Assembly: GCA_963817915.1 (NCBI GenBank)
Contig: CAWFQL010000017.1
Location: forward strand, 160,001-224,000
From: an uncultured candidate division Zixibacteria bacterium
GTDB taxonomy: Bacteria; Zixibacteria; MSB-5A5; UBA10806
Reading direction: 5' to 3'
Length of the DNA: 64,000 bases
Shown: positions 52,033 to 63,540 of the stretch, piece by piece
Position numbering within the stretch: position 1 is the first letter of the stretch
Layout: every line of letters starts with the position of its first letter
Notes under the pieces: model-generated
The model's database searches: none
What the model saw: the letters and a program-made list of their open reading frames with translations, nothing else
Told to the model about the DNA's origin: nothing
Program-made: the position numbers and the translations under genes

Positions 52033-53860
52033 TTATCGTTCTGCTGGCAATTGAAATCTGAAAATCATGAACGCCCACGCGTTCGCAACATAGGCAAGAT
52101 CGCCCGACGTGCTGATATCAACAGAATAGCTCGGAAGATCAAAATTCGCAATTTCGACCGGCGAGGTGGGTGTAGAAATATCAAGAATCCTTAAACCGGA
52201 GCTCGACGAGAATGCATATTTGCCTCTGACAGTCACGATATTAGTATTGCGGCCCAATTCGACCATGCCCACCAAACTTGGCTTTGAGGGATCTGAGATG
52301 TCGATCACCTGAAAACCGTAGAATTTGCCTGTTAAGTAGGCGTATTTATCATCTATAAATATGCCCCCGCCCCCTGCCTTAAGCCGTCCAACCAATACCG
52401 GAGTCGCGGGATTGGAAATATTCAAGACCTGCAACCCCCACCCGCCATCCGCGATATACGCGTAATCTCCAGAAATGGCAACTTCATGGATATATGGAAT
52501 TTTATAATCTGTTGTTAATTTGGGACTGGCAGGGTCAGCGATATTTATGATACTCAGGCAGGAATCCCCGGTCATAAAAATGTAATTCCCTGATACTTTC
52601 ACATAATGAGCCCTGCCTGATTTTGCATATGTTGCCAGCCAATCGAGGATTGGTTATTTCGGAAATATCTATAACTCGCAGGCCGGAATCGGCATCCGCC
52701 ATATATGCGTGAGTGCCCGATACAACCACATCACAGGGGCGACCATTAATCTTCTGGCTTCCCAATATTTTTGGGTTTGACGGTTGAGAGATATCAACCA
52801 CCCTTAAGCCGAAACTAAAATCCGCTAAATAGGCGTAGTTGCCGGATATGAATAATCCGCTTAAGCGTCCCGGAGTATCATATCTTCCTGCCAATGTCGG
52901 ATTCAAAGGATCTTTAATATTTATGACCTGTATGCCAGTTTCGAATTCTACAATAAATGCGTAGTTGTCTGAGGTTACAATTTTCCCAGGCTTACCAGGT
53001 AGGTCGCATTTACTCGCCAGCGACGGTTTGTCAGGATTGGATATATCTACCACACACATTCTGGTATTTTTAAAATCGGTTACATATGCGTAGTTGCCAT
53101 TTATACATACGCCCATGGCGCAGCCAATCGAATCGATCTTTCCAGCCAGGAAAGGAGCGGTAGGATTTGCGATATTGATAATACGAAGGCCATTAAATCC
53201 GTCAGCGATATAAACGTAATTGCCATTGACCAGCAAATTATCTGCATAATGCAGCGAATCAAAGCTACCCGCTAACGAAGGATTTGCGAAATTGGATAAA
53301 TCCATTATCCGAAGCCCGCTCCAATCGGCAATAAAAGCACATTTCCCCGCGACATAAATATCGGAGGCTGAGCCTCTTGTATCAAAGCCGCCAACTAATT
53401 TGGGACTGGAATTATCGGAAATATCTAACAGCTCTAATCCGGAATACCCCTCGGCCAGATAAGCGTAGCTGCTCGAAACAAATACCCCATTGACTCTAGC
53501 CCGAGCATGATAATTACTCTTTAGCACGGGATGAACCGGATCGGATACATTAAGGATAAAAAGCTGCGAATCCGCGGCGATATAAGCATGTTTCGCAAAA
53601 ACATATATTGCCTTGCCTTCTTTGGGGAGACAGGTTTGACTCAGAAGAGTTGGAGATGCGGGATTTGAAATATCCAGGACGACCAACCCATCCACGAACG
53701 CGCAATAAGCGTAGTTGCCCTCGATCTCCATGTCGCGAATACCGCTCCACAATGTCGATCCAACATATTCGATTGTTTGCCCAGATGCCGGGGCTCGCAG
53801 GATTGTTAAAAAAAGAATTATCGAAAAGAATTTCAGTAATTTTTTCGATAGGCCATTCAT
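52033..53860 (-). CDS. Secreted LVIVD-repeat (beta-propeller-like) protein, split by +1 frameshift near 52622
   Basis: Signal peptide and more than 12 repeats of GNYAY.A....GL.V.DIS.P..P. Confidence 0.85.
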
Positions 53861-53910
53861 ATTTCCTCCGAATAAACCGAAATCATTTCGCGCGAGGCTA
53901 TCTCAGCACT

Positions 53911-54423
53911 TTATTCTCCGACCTTGGATTGCTCCAGCTTACCATATTCTTCCGGGGTCATTTTTTCAAGACGTCTCACAAATGCTATCATGGCCCAGAT
54001 TTGATCATTCGAATGAGTTACCTCGAATGCCGGCATGCCGGTCATCTTAATGCCATTTTTGACAATCCAAAATAGTTCGGCGTCGCTCCAGTCAGTTGTG
54101 GCTGTAGGCAAATCCGGCGCTTCCGGGTTGAGGCCTCTGCCGATTTCAGATCTTAAAACACCCGGAGCTCCGTGGCATGTGACACACATTTCCTTGAAAT
54201 GCTCATAGCCGAGCGCGACCTGAGCCGAATCCCCTAAAACGGGGACGATGATGCCCTTTGCATGTCGTTTCACTGAATTATCCATTGCACTGGATAGCAG
54301 CCATTCCTGGAGCTTGCCTTCTTTTCGGGTGGCAGAGACATTATAAATACCGAAAAATATATATACCGCGCCCGCAATTAGAATTGCCGCCAGCACAATT
54401 ATTGTGATCCAAAAGGCTTTCAT
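53911..54423 (-). CDS. Membrane-anchored monoheme c-type cytochrome
   Basis: N-terminal TM, CVTCHGAPG, GIKMTGMP. Confidence 0.9.
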   Translation of the reverse strand: MKAFWITIIVLAAILIAGAVYIFFGIYNVSATRKEGKLQEWLLSSAMDNSVKRHAKGIIVPVLGDSAQVALGYEHFKEMCVTCHGAPGVLRSEIGRGLNPEAPDLPTATTDWSDAELFWIVKNGIKMTGMPAFEVTHSNDQIWAMIAFVRRLEKMTPEEYGKLEQSKVGE

Positions 54424-54632
54424 TGTTTTTCCCTTCTTGATTGCTCAAATTAGATGGTTTATAAATATTCTGCTTAATAACATATTCCTGCGCTTCGCAT
54501 ATTCAATTTTCGCCTTTATATTTGAATTGTTGATTCAGATATAAAGAGCGACCGGGTTATTGTAATATCAAAAGATACAATTTTCAAGATTTGTATAGAT
54601 AAAAATTACACGGGAAATTATCTCGATTATGG

Positions 54633-54661
54633 TTGACATTGTCTATTGGGCAGGCTACAAT
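54633..54661 (+). promoter_or_regulatory. Near-consensus sigma70 promoter
   Basis: TTGACA-17 nt-TACAAT. Confidence 0.7.
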
Positions 54662-54764
54662 TTTGACGGCGTTAAATGCGCAATGAATCCATGATATTTT
54701 GGAATCGGAAGCGCGGCTGTATTCTTGCAGCGAGACATCACATAATTTTGGGAAGGAGCATTAA

Positions 54765-54896
54765 ATGGGAGACAGAGGCGGGAAAAAGGATAAGAATAAA
54801 AGCCAGAAACAGAAAAACCAAAAACATGAACAAAAAGAAATCGTTAAACACGATAAACAGCAAAAAAACACCTCTATTCCTGGCGGTGGTAAATAA
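54765..54896 (+). CDS. Small Lys/Gln-rich basic protein (43 aa), not in ORF track
   Basis: AAGGAG RBS, MGDRGGKKDKNKSQKQKNQKHEQKEIVKHDKQQKNTSIPGGGK*, upstream promoter. Confidence 0.7.
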   Translation: MGDRGGKKDKNKSQKQKNQKHEQKEIVKHDKQQKNTSIPGGGK

Positions 54897-55253
54897 GCCA
54901 ATAGGCTCACCTGCAAATTACGGCGGTTTTAGTAGTTTTTTCTTCTGAGAAAAAGGTTTACGACTATCAAATTGCGGCTTTTTTATTGAGTATCAAAAAA
55001 TATCTTATTCGTGTTAGTATTTGGCTGGATAGCATACGAATGCTGCCTCCCGATTTTTTTATTCACAGCGCGAAATTCATTTTAATTATCTCCGCAATTA
55101 ATTTCTATTCCAAAAGCTTAAATATCTTTGAAGTGATAGCGCGGGTGCTTATAATATTTATCGATTTTGGCGGTATTAATTGCCGCAATGGTATTTAAAA
55201 TATGAAATGGATAGAAAATATAAACATAAAATTGAAAGTTCGAGGTTAGTACT

Positions 55254-55721
55254 ATGAAACAATACCTGATAGACTTCTTCAAATATAATGATTGGGCAAA
55301 TAAGCAAATGATCGAATCGATCGGCAAATTGCCCGATAAGGAAGAAGCAATTAATTTATTCAGCCACGTAATTATTTCCTTGAATAGATGGATCGAAAGA
55401 GCGACCAAGGGATCCGATAATAAAGGATCTAATTGGTTCGATCAAACATTCCCATATGATCAGCTTGAAAAGAACTGGACGGAAATATTGAATAAATGGG
55501 TGCAATATATAGAGAGTGTTGATGATGCAAAGATCGAGAGCAAAATAGTATTTCAAAGACCCGCCGATGGCAAGCGGTACCGCCTCAAACTCCAGGATAT
55601 CGCGCTTCAAATAAATTATCATTCTATTCATCACAGAGCGCAGATCTACCGAATTATTCGTCAGCAAGGAATTGCGCCGCCTGCGACCGACTATATTTAC
55701 ACTGTTTTCGAAGAAGTATAG
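55254..55721 (+). CDS. DinB-family protein
   Basis: YNDWAN, FSH, HSIHHRAQ, PPATDY. Confidence 0.88.
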   Translation: MKQYLIDFFKYNDWANKQMIESIGKLPDKEEAINLFSHVIISLNRWIERATKGSDNKGSNWFDQTFPYDQLEKNWTEILNKWVQYIESVDDAKIESKIVFQRPADGKRYRLKLQDIALQINYHSIHHRAQIYRIIRQQGIAPPATDYIYTVFEEV

Positions 55722-55873
55722 CTCTGATCAACCTCAAGCTATAAAACAGATATTTCCGGTGCAGGTTCTTTTTTGCGCTTCGGAAACCAGCGCAAGATCA
55801 TTGATGTTGAATTTTATTATGAAGGATATTTTTGGCTTAGATTGAATGCTAATTTAATTCAGGAGATAATAAT

Positions 55874-56893
55874 ATGAATATGCGTTTTCTTGGGAAAACC
55901 GGAATAAAAGTCTCGGAGCTTTGCCTTGGATGTATGACATTCGGTGGGCGGGGAACTTGGGTAAGTATCGGTACACTCAATCAGAAGCAGGTTGACGAAC
56001 TTGTCGGTATAGCACTTGAAGGAGGAATCAACTTTTTCGACACAGCCGATGTCTATTCCGAAGGTTTGTCAGAAGAATTACTGGGCAAGGCGCTTGGCGA
56101 TAAACGGAAAGATATTATTCTAGCGACTAAGGTCCGGGGTGTAATTGGGTCCGGCCCCAACGATGTGGGACTAACCAGAAAACATATTTTAGAAGGATGC
56201 GACAACAGCTTGCGCCGTTTGAAAACAGATTATATCGATCTTTATCAAGTGCATAGCTTCGATCCCGCGACTCCGTTGGAAGAGACCATGAGTACATTGA
56301 ATGATTTGGTTCATTCGGGCAAGGTGCGCTACATCGGAGTTTCGAATTTCACCGGCTGGCAATTGATGAAGGCTCTGGCCATTTCCGAGAAGAATCATTG
56401 GGAAAGATTCGTGACATTGCAGGCGTTGTATTCATTGGCGGCACGCGACCTGGAATTGGAATTAGTCCCGTTATGCCAGGATCAAGGACTTGGAATATTA
56501 CCCTGGAGTCCGTTATTTGGCGGATTCTTGACTGGCAAATTCCGCAAAGGACAATCGGGTCCGGCAGGGGCGCGTCGTTCGACCGGACAGCAATTCCTGC
56601 AATTCCATGATGAAGTGAAAGCGTACGAAATGATTGATGAACTGGAAAAAATCGCCAAAGCGCACAACGCTTCTGTCGCCCAAACGGCGCTGAACTATCT
56701 TTTGCGCAAACCTCAGGTGACATCGATAATTATAGGGGCCAAGACGCCCGAACAGCTCAGGGACAATCTAAAGACATCGGAATGGCGATTGACCGATGAC
56801 GAAGTAACCCATCTCGATAGTTTGAGCGAGCCGCCCCGAATCTATCCCTATTGGTTTTTGAATGCCGGTAGGAAAGCGCGATTAGGTCAGTAA
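55874..56893 (+). CDS. Aldo/keto reductase
   Basis: FFDTADVY, LATK, IDLYQVH, GVSN, WSPL.GG. Confidence 0.93.
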   Translation: MNMRFLGKTGIKVSELCLGCMTFGGRGTWVSIGTLNQKQVDELVGIALEGGINFFDTADVYSEGLSEELLGKALGDKRKDIILATKVRGVIGSGPNDVGLTRKHILEGCDNSLRRLKTDYIDLYQVHSFDPATPLEETMSTLNDLVHSGKVRYIGVSNFTGWQLMKALAISEKNHWERFVTLQALYSLAARDLELELVPLCQDQGLGILPWSPLFGGFLTGKFRKGQSGPAGARRSTGQQFLQFHDEVKAYEMIDELEKIAKAHNASVAQTALNYLLRKPQVTSIIIGAKTPEQLRDNLKTSEWRLTDDEVTHLDSLSEPPRIYPYWFLNAGRKARLGQ

Positions 56894-57066
56894 ACTGAAA
56901 TCTTCAGTATTCCGTAATTATCGATACATGATATTTTAGGGCGTCTACCAATAATTAAAATCCTTGCCATTATCGTCCCGTTTTTTTAATTTATGTAAAT
57001 AGGCTGCATTTTTTGATGTTGGCCCTGAAACTGTGTCTTGATGATGATTTTGGGAATTCGAGGTTG

Positions 57067-58218
57067 ATGGAAATGTGGACAACTGAAAAACAAGAGCAAT
57101 TTCGATATAAAGTACGTGAATTTGCCAAGGGCGAGATTCAACCATTCAGCGCGCAGATGGATGTCGACCAGCATTTCCCCGAACAGCTGATCAAGAAATT
57201 GAATGACTTCGGCTTGCTGGGATTGGCGGTCAGCAAAGAATATGGCGGCACCTATATCGACACCATGTCCTATATTATTTCTGTCGAGGAGATGTCGCGG
57301 GTATGCGGCTCCACCGGAATTATCCTTGCGGCTCACAATTCGCTCGGATGTTGGCCGATTTACGCATTCGGGAATGAAGAGCAAAAGAAGAAATACCTGC
57401 CGGAAATCACGACCGGAGGGAAGCTGGCGGCATTTGGATTGACAGAGCCGGGAGCGGGCTCCGATGCCGGGGGCACAAAAACATTTGCGGAACAAGTGGC
57501 CGGCGGTTTTAAGGTCAATGGCACCAAATGTTGGATCACCAATGCCGGTTCGGCGGCTACTGTCGTTTTTACAGCTCGCACCTCGCATATTAATGATACC
57601 CACGCAATTTCATCGTTTATAATAAAATCTGGTACTAAGGGATTTGCCGCCGGGAAAAAAGAAAATAAACTAGGTCTCCGCGGCTCCGAAACCAGATTTT
57701 TGCATTTCGATGATTGTTTCGTGCCCGATGGTGATCTACTCGGCGAAGTCGGCCATGGTTTCAAGCAGTTTATGAAGACATTAGATGGCGGACGAATTTC
57801 TATCGGAGCCATGGCTTTGGGATTGGCTCAGGGGGCATACGAAGTTGCTTTGAAATTTGCGAAAACCCACCAGCAATTTGGAAAGCCGATATCAGATTTC
57901 CAGGCTATTGCATTCAAACTGGCCGACATGGCGACACAGATTCAGGCCGCGCGACATTTGGTTTATCATTCGGCGGCGTTGAAAGATGAGGGCAAACGAT
58001 CATTCTCTAAAGAATCCGCCATGGCAAAGCTGTACGCGTCCGAAGTAGGGAATTTCGTATGCAGTAATGCAATCGAAATTTTAGGGGCAGAAGGAGTGAG
58101 CCCTCGTTATCCGGTAGAACGTATGTTACGCGATGTCAAACTATGCGAAATAGGCGAAGGGACATCGGAAATTCAGCGGATAGTGATTTCTCGCCTTCTA
58201 TTAAAGGAAATAAGCTGA
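57067..58218 (+). CDS. Acyl-CoA dehydrogenase (isovaleryl-CoA dehydrogenase role inferred from context)
   Basis: FGLTEPGAGSDAG, KLGLRGS, GGRI, QFGKPI, IGEGTSEIQR. Confidence 0.88.
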   Translation: MEMWTTEKQEQFRYKVREFAKGEIQPFSAQMDVDQHFPEQLIKKLNDFGLLGLAVSKEYGGTYIDTMSYIISVEEMSRVCGSTGIILAAHNSLGCWPIYAFGNEEQKKKYLPEITTGGKLAAFGLTEPGAGSDAGGTKTFAEQVAGGFKVNGTKCWITNAGSAATVVFTARTSHINDTHAISSFIIKSGTKGFAAGKKENKLGLRGSETRFLHFDDCFVPDGDLLGEVGHGFKQFMKTLDGGRISIGAMALGLAQGAYEVALKFAKTHQQFGKPISDFQAIAFKLADMATQIQAARHLVYHSAALKDEGKRSFSKESAMAKLYASEVGNFVCSNAIEILGAEGVSPRYPVERMLRDVKLCEIGEGTSEIQRIVISRLLLKEIS

Positions 58219-58294
58219 AGGTTTTAAAATTATTAATACGATATGAAGTGTTCATTAAAATATAGAATTGATTGCGAAAGAGAGGTTCTCTAAG

Positions 58295-59350
58295 ATGGTT
58301 GGAATTGTCGGGTATGGAGCGTACATACCAAGATTTAGAATAAAAGTTGAAGAGATTGCCAAGACCTGGGGCGCGGACGCTCCCAGCTATAAAAAGGGTC
58401 TAATGCTTCAAGAGAAATCGGTCCCCGGACCAGATCAGGACACGATTACGATGGCAGTCGAGGCCACCAAGAACGCCTTAAAGCGCGCCGGTATCGACCC
58501 ATCGAAAATCGGAGCGGTATATGTCGGTTCTGAATCGCATCCCTACGCGGTTAAACCGTCCGGGACAACATTGGCCGAGGCTATTGGTGCGATTCCCGAT
58601 TGTCATTGCGCGGATTTAGAATTCGCATGCAAAGCCGGTTCGGAAGGCATGTTTATCGCCATGGGATTGGTTAAGGCCGGTGAAATCGAATACGGTCTTG
58701 GTGTAGGCGCGGATACGTCACAGGGCGCGCCTGGCGACGCCTTGGAATATTCAGCTTCCGCTGGAGCCGCGGCATATATTTTCGGCAATAAAAAAGAAGA
58801 GATAATCGCCGAATGTCATTTCACTCATTCATATATGACTGATACGCCGGATTTCTGGAGACGAGAATATCAATTCTATCCCCGTCACGCTTCCCGTTTC
58901 ACGGGCGAACCCGCGTATTTCAAGCATGTGCTTGGCTGTTCAGTGGCCCTAATGGATAAAGCTAAAATGAAGCCGAAAGATTTCGCGCATGTGGTTTTCC
59001 ATCAGCCCAACGGTAAATTCCCTATGAATGTCGGCTTGATGCAGGGATTCACCAAACAACAAATCGAAACCGGATGGCTTGCCCCGACATTGGGCAATAC
59101 TTATTCCGGCGCCTCGCCAATTGGATTGACTGCTATTCTAGATATCGCCAAGCCCGGCGATTGGATCATGATGGTCTCGTATGGCTCCGGCGCCGGTAGC
59201 GATGGTTTTGTCTGGAAAGTGACTGAAAGAATTAATGAAGTTCGCGATAAGGCGATCAGGACTCGCGCCATGCTCGATTCCAAACGGAAGAAATATCTCG
59301 ATTACGGGACATATGCCAAATTCAGAGGCAAAATCAAAAAGGCGCTATGA
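58295..59350 (+). CDS. Hydroxymethylglutaryl-CoA synthase, archaeal type
   Basis: GSESHPYAVKP, EFACKAG, DTPDFWRR, FHQPNGKFP, GNTYSG, SYGSGAGSD. Confidence 0.9.
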   Translation: MVGIVGYGAYIPRFRIKVEEIAKTWGADAPSYKKGLMLQEKSVPGPDQDTITMAVEATKNALKRAGIDPSKIGAVYVGSESHPYAVKPSGTTLAEAIGAIPDCHCADLEFACKAGSEGMFIAMGLVKAGEIEYGLGVGADTSQGAPGDALEYSASAGAAAYIFGNKKEEIIAECHFTHSYMTDTPDFWRREYQFYPRHASRFTGEPAYFKHVLGCSVALMDKAKMKPKDFAHVVFHQPNGKFPMNVGLMQGFTKQQIETGWLAPTLGNTYSGASPIGLTAILDIAKPGDWIMMVSYGSGAGSDGFVWKVTERINEVRDKAIRTRAMLDSKRKKYLDYGTYAKFRGKIKKAL

Positions 59351-59391
59351 TAGTTGAATTCAAAATGATAATGATTTCGGAGGAAATATAG

Positions 59392-60553
59392 ATGAGAGAA
59401 GTTGCAGTAATTGGCATTGGAATGACCAAATGGGGAGAGCTCTGGGAGAAATCGATCAGCGATCTAATCGCTGAAGCGGCTTTGCTCGCGCTCGATGACG
59501 CCCATATGACTAATGTCGATGCCATGTATATCGGCTGTATGTCGTCGGGGATTTTTACCGACCAGGAGCATCTTGGCATCAATAGGCCCGGATTATTCGG
59601 GGCTTTGTCCAACCCCCGGCATTAGAATTGAATCGGCTTGCGCGTCAGGCGGAGTGGCTTTCAGGACAGGTTATTTGCATGTGGCATCGGGAGCGTCGGA
59701 TGCAGTGATGGTAGTCGGCGTAGAGAAGATGACCGATGTCGATGGAGCAAGAGCTACATTCGCATTAGCTACAGCGGCAGATCAGGAATACGAAGTATAT
59801 AATGGGATAACATTCCCAGGGCTATATGCCATGATGGCTACCCATCATATGGCCAAATACGGCACTACCCGCGATCATTTGGCGCAAGTGGCAGTCAAAA
59901 ACCATCGCAATGGTAAATTGAATCCGCTGGCGCAATTCCAAATGGATGTGACAATTGACTCAGTTAAAAATTCGGTCATGGTTGCCGATCCGTTGACAAT
60001 CTTTGATTGTTCACCAGTCACCGACGGCTCTGCGGCGGTAATTTTAGTCCCGTTGGATAAGGCAAAACAGTTATCAAAGAAAAGAATAGTGAAGGTCACC
60101 GGCTCGGGCCATGCCAGCGATACTATCCAGTTGGCCCAGCGCGAAGATCTATCCTATATCAAATCCACCGAAGTCGCGGCCAAGCAGGCATTCGAGATGG
60201 CAAAACGGAAACCATCCGATATCAATTTCGCTGAAGTTCACGATTGCTTCACTATCGCCGAAATCATGGTCACTGAAGCTCTCGGCTTCTTTGAAAAGGG
60301 CAAAGGCGGATTCGCCGCGATGGAAGGCAAGACTGCTATCGATGGTCAGATTCCGGTCAATGCCAGCGGCGGATTGAAATCAAAGGGTCACCCGGTCGGC
60401 GCGACAGGAGTTGCCCAGATAGTGGAATTGACCAAGCAAATTCGCAACGAGGCCGATAAGGGCCGTCAGGTCAAAAATGCCAATATTGGTTTGGCGCAGA
60501 ATATGGGCGGAAGCGGCGCAAGCTCGGTAGTCCATATATTGGAGGGAGTATAA
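59392..60553 (+). CDS. Acetoacetyl-CoA thiolase, archaeal/SCP2 type, split by +1 frameshift near 59575
   Basis: [27 protein letters not shown]. Confidence 0.88.
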
Positions 60554-60554
60554 T

Positions 60555-60951
60555 ATGTCATCACCAAGATATTGGCGCTCCATGGCCGCAAAGATACCGT
60601 TTCGAGGCGGCCAAATGCAAAAAATGCGGTAAGGTTCATTTCCCTCCAAGATTGGTCTGCTCCGCATGTCATTCTCGCGAATTTGAATTAACACATCTAA
60701 ATTCTCAGGGGACAGTCGAAACATTTACTACGATCAGAGTGGCCCCAAGCGGATTCACCGACCAGGCGCCTTATTCTGTAGCGATTATCAATTTAGGCGA
60801 TGGTGTCAAAATACTGTGCCAGGTCGCCGACTGCGAACCTGAAGAGCTCAAAATCGGAATGAAGATCCGTCTCGAATTCCGCAAGCTCGGTATCGAGGGC
60901 GAAGCGGGAATTATCTATTATGGCTATAAATGCGTTCCGGAAATTTCATGA
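60555..60951 (+). CDS. DUF35 Zn-ribbon/OB-fold protein, split by +1 frameshift near 60585
   Basis: Corrected MSSPRYWRSMPQRYR...CKKCG..HFPPR.VC..C...IIYYGYK. Confidence 0.88.
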
Positions 60952-60973
60952 TTCGAAAGAATAAGGCGAATAC

Positions 60974-62581
60974 GTGTTCGAAATAGAATCGAAGATCGAT
61001 ACTTCCAGTCCTGACTTCGCAAAAAATACAGAAAAAATGAAAAGGGATGTTGCCCTGCTCAAGGAGCGTCTGGCTCTGATAGAGCAAGGCGGCCCTCCGA
61101 GCGCGCGCGAAAAACATCTGGCGCGCGGAAAGCTTCTCACTCGCGACCGGGTCATGAAGCTTTTCGATAAAAATACGCCCTTCCTCGAATTTTCGACATT
61201 GGCCGCGTACGATATGTATGACAACGAGGCCGCTGGCGCAGGTCTTATTTCCGGCGTGGGAATTGTCCATGGAAGGGAAGTCCTCGTAATCGCCAATGAT
61301 GCTACGGTCAAGGGTGGCACCTATTATCCCATGACAATCAAGAAGCATGTGCGCGCCCAGGAAATCGCCATGGATAATCGTCTGCCGTGCATTTATCTCG
61401 TCGATTCAGGCGGTGTCTTTTTGCCTCACCAAATGGATGTCTTCCCCGACAAAGGGCATTTCGGCACAATATTCTATAATCAGGCCAGAATGTCAGCGGC
61501 AGGGATTCCACAGATTGCAGTCGTTATGGGTTCATGCACCGCTGGCGGAGCGTATATGCCGGCCATGAGCGATGAAGCGGTCATTGTACGCAAGCAGGGT
61601 ACTATCTTTATCGGCGGGCCGCCATTGGTGAAGGCGGCTACCGGAGTCGATGTCACCGACGAGGAGCTTGGCGGAGCCGATGTCCATTGCAGAATTTCCG
61701 GCGTGGCGGATCATTACGCACTCAATGACGAACACGCGCTTCAGATAACCAGAAATATCGTTCAATGCCTGGGCCCGGCGAAGAAATTCGAAATAGGCCA
61801 AGGTGAATCAATAGAGCCAAAATATGACCCGAGCGAATTATACGGCGTTATGCCGAGCGATATCAGAAAGCCATTCGATATCCGGGAGATAATTGCCAGG
61901 GTTGTAGATGCCAGCGAATTTCATGAATTCAAAGAGCTATATGGTCAGACTCTTGTTTGCGGATTCGCGCGGATTATGGGTTATCCGGTTGGAATCATTG
62001 GCAATAACGGCGTGCTATTTTCCGAAAGCGCTCAAAAGGGCGCGCATTTTGTGGAGCTTTGCACATCGAGGAAGATTCCGTTGGTATTCTTGCAGAACGT
62101 CACCGGATTTATTGTCGGTAAAGAATATGAGCATAAAGGAATCGCACGCGATGGAGCTAAGATGGTTCACGCGGTTGCCAACGCCGATGTACCGCGATTT
62201 ACTATTATAGTGGGCGGCTCCTATGGTGCGGGAAATTATGCCATGTGCGGACGAGGCTATTACCCCAGATTTTTGTGGATGTGGCCTAACGCCCGAATCA
62301 GTGTCATGGGTGGCGAGCAAGCCGCCAATGTCCTGCTGAATGTTAAAATGAAGGCTCTTGAAGCCAAGGGCAAAACAATGACTAAAGAAGAGCAGGCGGA
62401 ATTCCAGGCTCCAATTCTCGAAAAATACGAAATAGAGGGTTCGCCTTATTTCAGCACAGCTCGTTTGTGGGATGATGGTATTATCGATCCCCTCGATACC
62501 CGCGCGGTATTAGGACTGGCAATATCAATATCATTGAATGCACCGATTCCCGATCAGCGATTCGGCGTTTTCAGAATGTAA
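60974..62581 (+). CDS. liuB: 3-methylcrotonyl-CoA carboxylase beta (carboxyltransferase) subunit
   Basis: [36 protein letters not shown]-terminal FGVFRM. Confidence 0.9.
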   Translation: MFEIESKIDTSSPDFAKNTEKMKRDVALLKERLALIEQGGPPSAREKHLARGKLLTRDRVMKLFDKNTPFLEFSTLAAYDMYDNEAAGAGLISGVGIVHGREVLVIANDATVKGGTYYPMTIKKHVRAQEIAMDNRLPCIYLVDSGGVFLPHQMDVFPDKGHFGTIFYNQARMSAAGIPQIAVVMGSCTAGGAYMPAMSDEAVIVRKQGTIFIGGPPLVKAATGVDVTDEELGGADVHCRISGVADHYALNDEHALQITRNIVQCLGPAKKFEIGQGESIEPKYDPSELYGVMPSDIRKPFDIREIIARVVDASEFHEFKELYGQTLVCGFARIMGYPVGIIGNNGVLFSESAQKGAHFVELCTSRKIPLVFLQNVTGFIVGKEYEHKGIARDGAKMVHAVANADVPRFTIIVGGSYGAGNYAMCGRGYYPRFLWMWPNARISVMGGEQAANVLLNVKMKALEAKGKTMTKEEQAEFQAPILEKYEIEGSPYFSTARLWDDGIIDPLDTRAVLGLAISISLNAPIPDQRFGVFRM

Positions 62582-62595
62582 TTTAATCCATAATT

Positions 62596-63390
62596 ATGAT
62601 AACCTCTCAAAATTACCAGACGATCAAATTTGAAGATCGTAAACATGTCGCCTGGATTACATTGAATCGTCCGGATGTCAGAAACGCCTTCAATGCGGCT
62701 ATGATATCGGAGATGACAGATATATTCCGTCAGATCAATGAAAGCTCGGATTTAAGAGTCGTGGTATTGACTGGCGCCGAGCAATCATTTTGTGCGGGAG
62801 CCGATCTTAATTGGATGAAAGACGTTCTCGAATTCACATACGAGCAAAATCTCAATGATTCGTTGAAATTAGCCGAGATGTTCCATCTGATGTTTACTTG
62901 TCAACTCCCAACAATCGCCCTAGTTAACGGCCCCGCTATCGGCGGCGGCTGTGGTATGGCGGCTGTCTGCGATATAGTTATCGCATCGGAAAATGCTGTT
63001 TTTAGCTTGAGCGAAGTAAAGCTCGGCTTGGTGCCTGCTTGCATATCTCCCTATGTAATTCGACGAATGGGCGATAAAAATTGCAGAGAATATTTTTTGA
63101 CCGGCGAAAGGCTGACCGCAGAAAAAGCGTTGGCGGCGGGCCTAGCCAATAAGATAAGTGCACCGGATAAACTTTTCGATACGGCGCAAGTAATAATCGA
63201 TCAATTGCTATCAAGCGGCCCGAAGGCGTTGGCCTGGTGCAAGCAGATTATCGCCGAATCGCCGATATATCCGGAATCGGAAGTCGGCAATTATACAGCC
63301 GAAGTCATCGCCAAGCTCCGTATGGGAGACGAAGCCCAGGAGGGTATCCGCGCCTTCTTCGAAAAACGAAAACCGAAATGGTGTAAATAA
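62596..63390 (+). CDS. liuC: Methylglutaconyl-CoA hydratase-like crotonase
   Basis: NRPDVRNAF, FCAGADLNWM, LSEVKLGLVPACISPYV; located between the MCC subunits. Confidence 0.8.
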   Translation: MITSQNYQTIKFEDRKHVAWITLNRPDVRNAFNAAMISEMTDIFRQINESSDLRVVVLTGAEQSFCAGADLNWMKDVLEFTYEQNLNDSLKLAEMFHLMFTCQLPTIALVNGPAIGGGCGMAAVCDIVIASENAVFSLSEVKLGLVPACISPYVIRRMGDKNCREYFLTGERLTAEKALAAGLANKISAPDKLFDTAQVIIDQLLSSGPKALAWCKQIIAESPIYPESEVGNYTAEVIAKLRMGDEAQEGIRAFFEKRKPKWCK

Positions 63391-63404
63391 CAATGCATTA
63401 TTGC

Positions 63405-63498
63405 GTCATTGCGAGGAATCCGGCGGCAGCCGGACGACGAAGCAATCTGAAGGATGCACCCACAGATTGCGTCGCTCTTTTCAGTCGCTCGCAATGAC
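63405..63498. repeat. GTCATTGCGAG-type palindromic (REP-like) element
   Basis: GTCATTGCGAG...CTCGCAATGAC terminal inverted repeat with inner GCAATCTG/CAGATTGC arms. Confidence 0.75.
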
Positions 63499-63540
63499 AA
63501 GCAAGAGAATTTAAAGAATAATTTGGAACCAATGCATTAG

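Noticed and set aside
52033..53860. DNA repeat array or CRISPR
   Set aside because: Periodicity is at the protein level (LVIVD repeats); no identical direct repeats with spacers were seen anywhere in the window
54676..54948. 90-aa ORF from the track
   Set aside because: No RBS; the overlapping 43-aa ORF has a strong RBS and better explains the A-rich sequence
51897..55250. Genomic island integrated at tRNA-Glu
   Set aside because: No integrase and no duplicated tRNA 3' end seen
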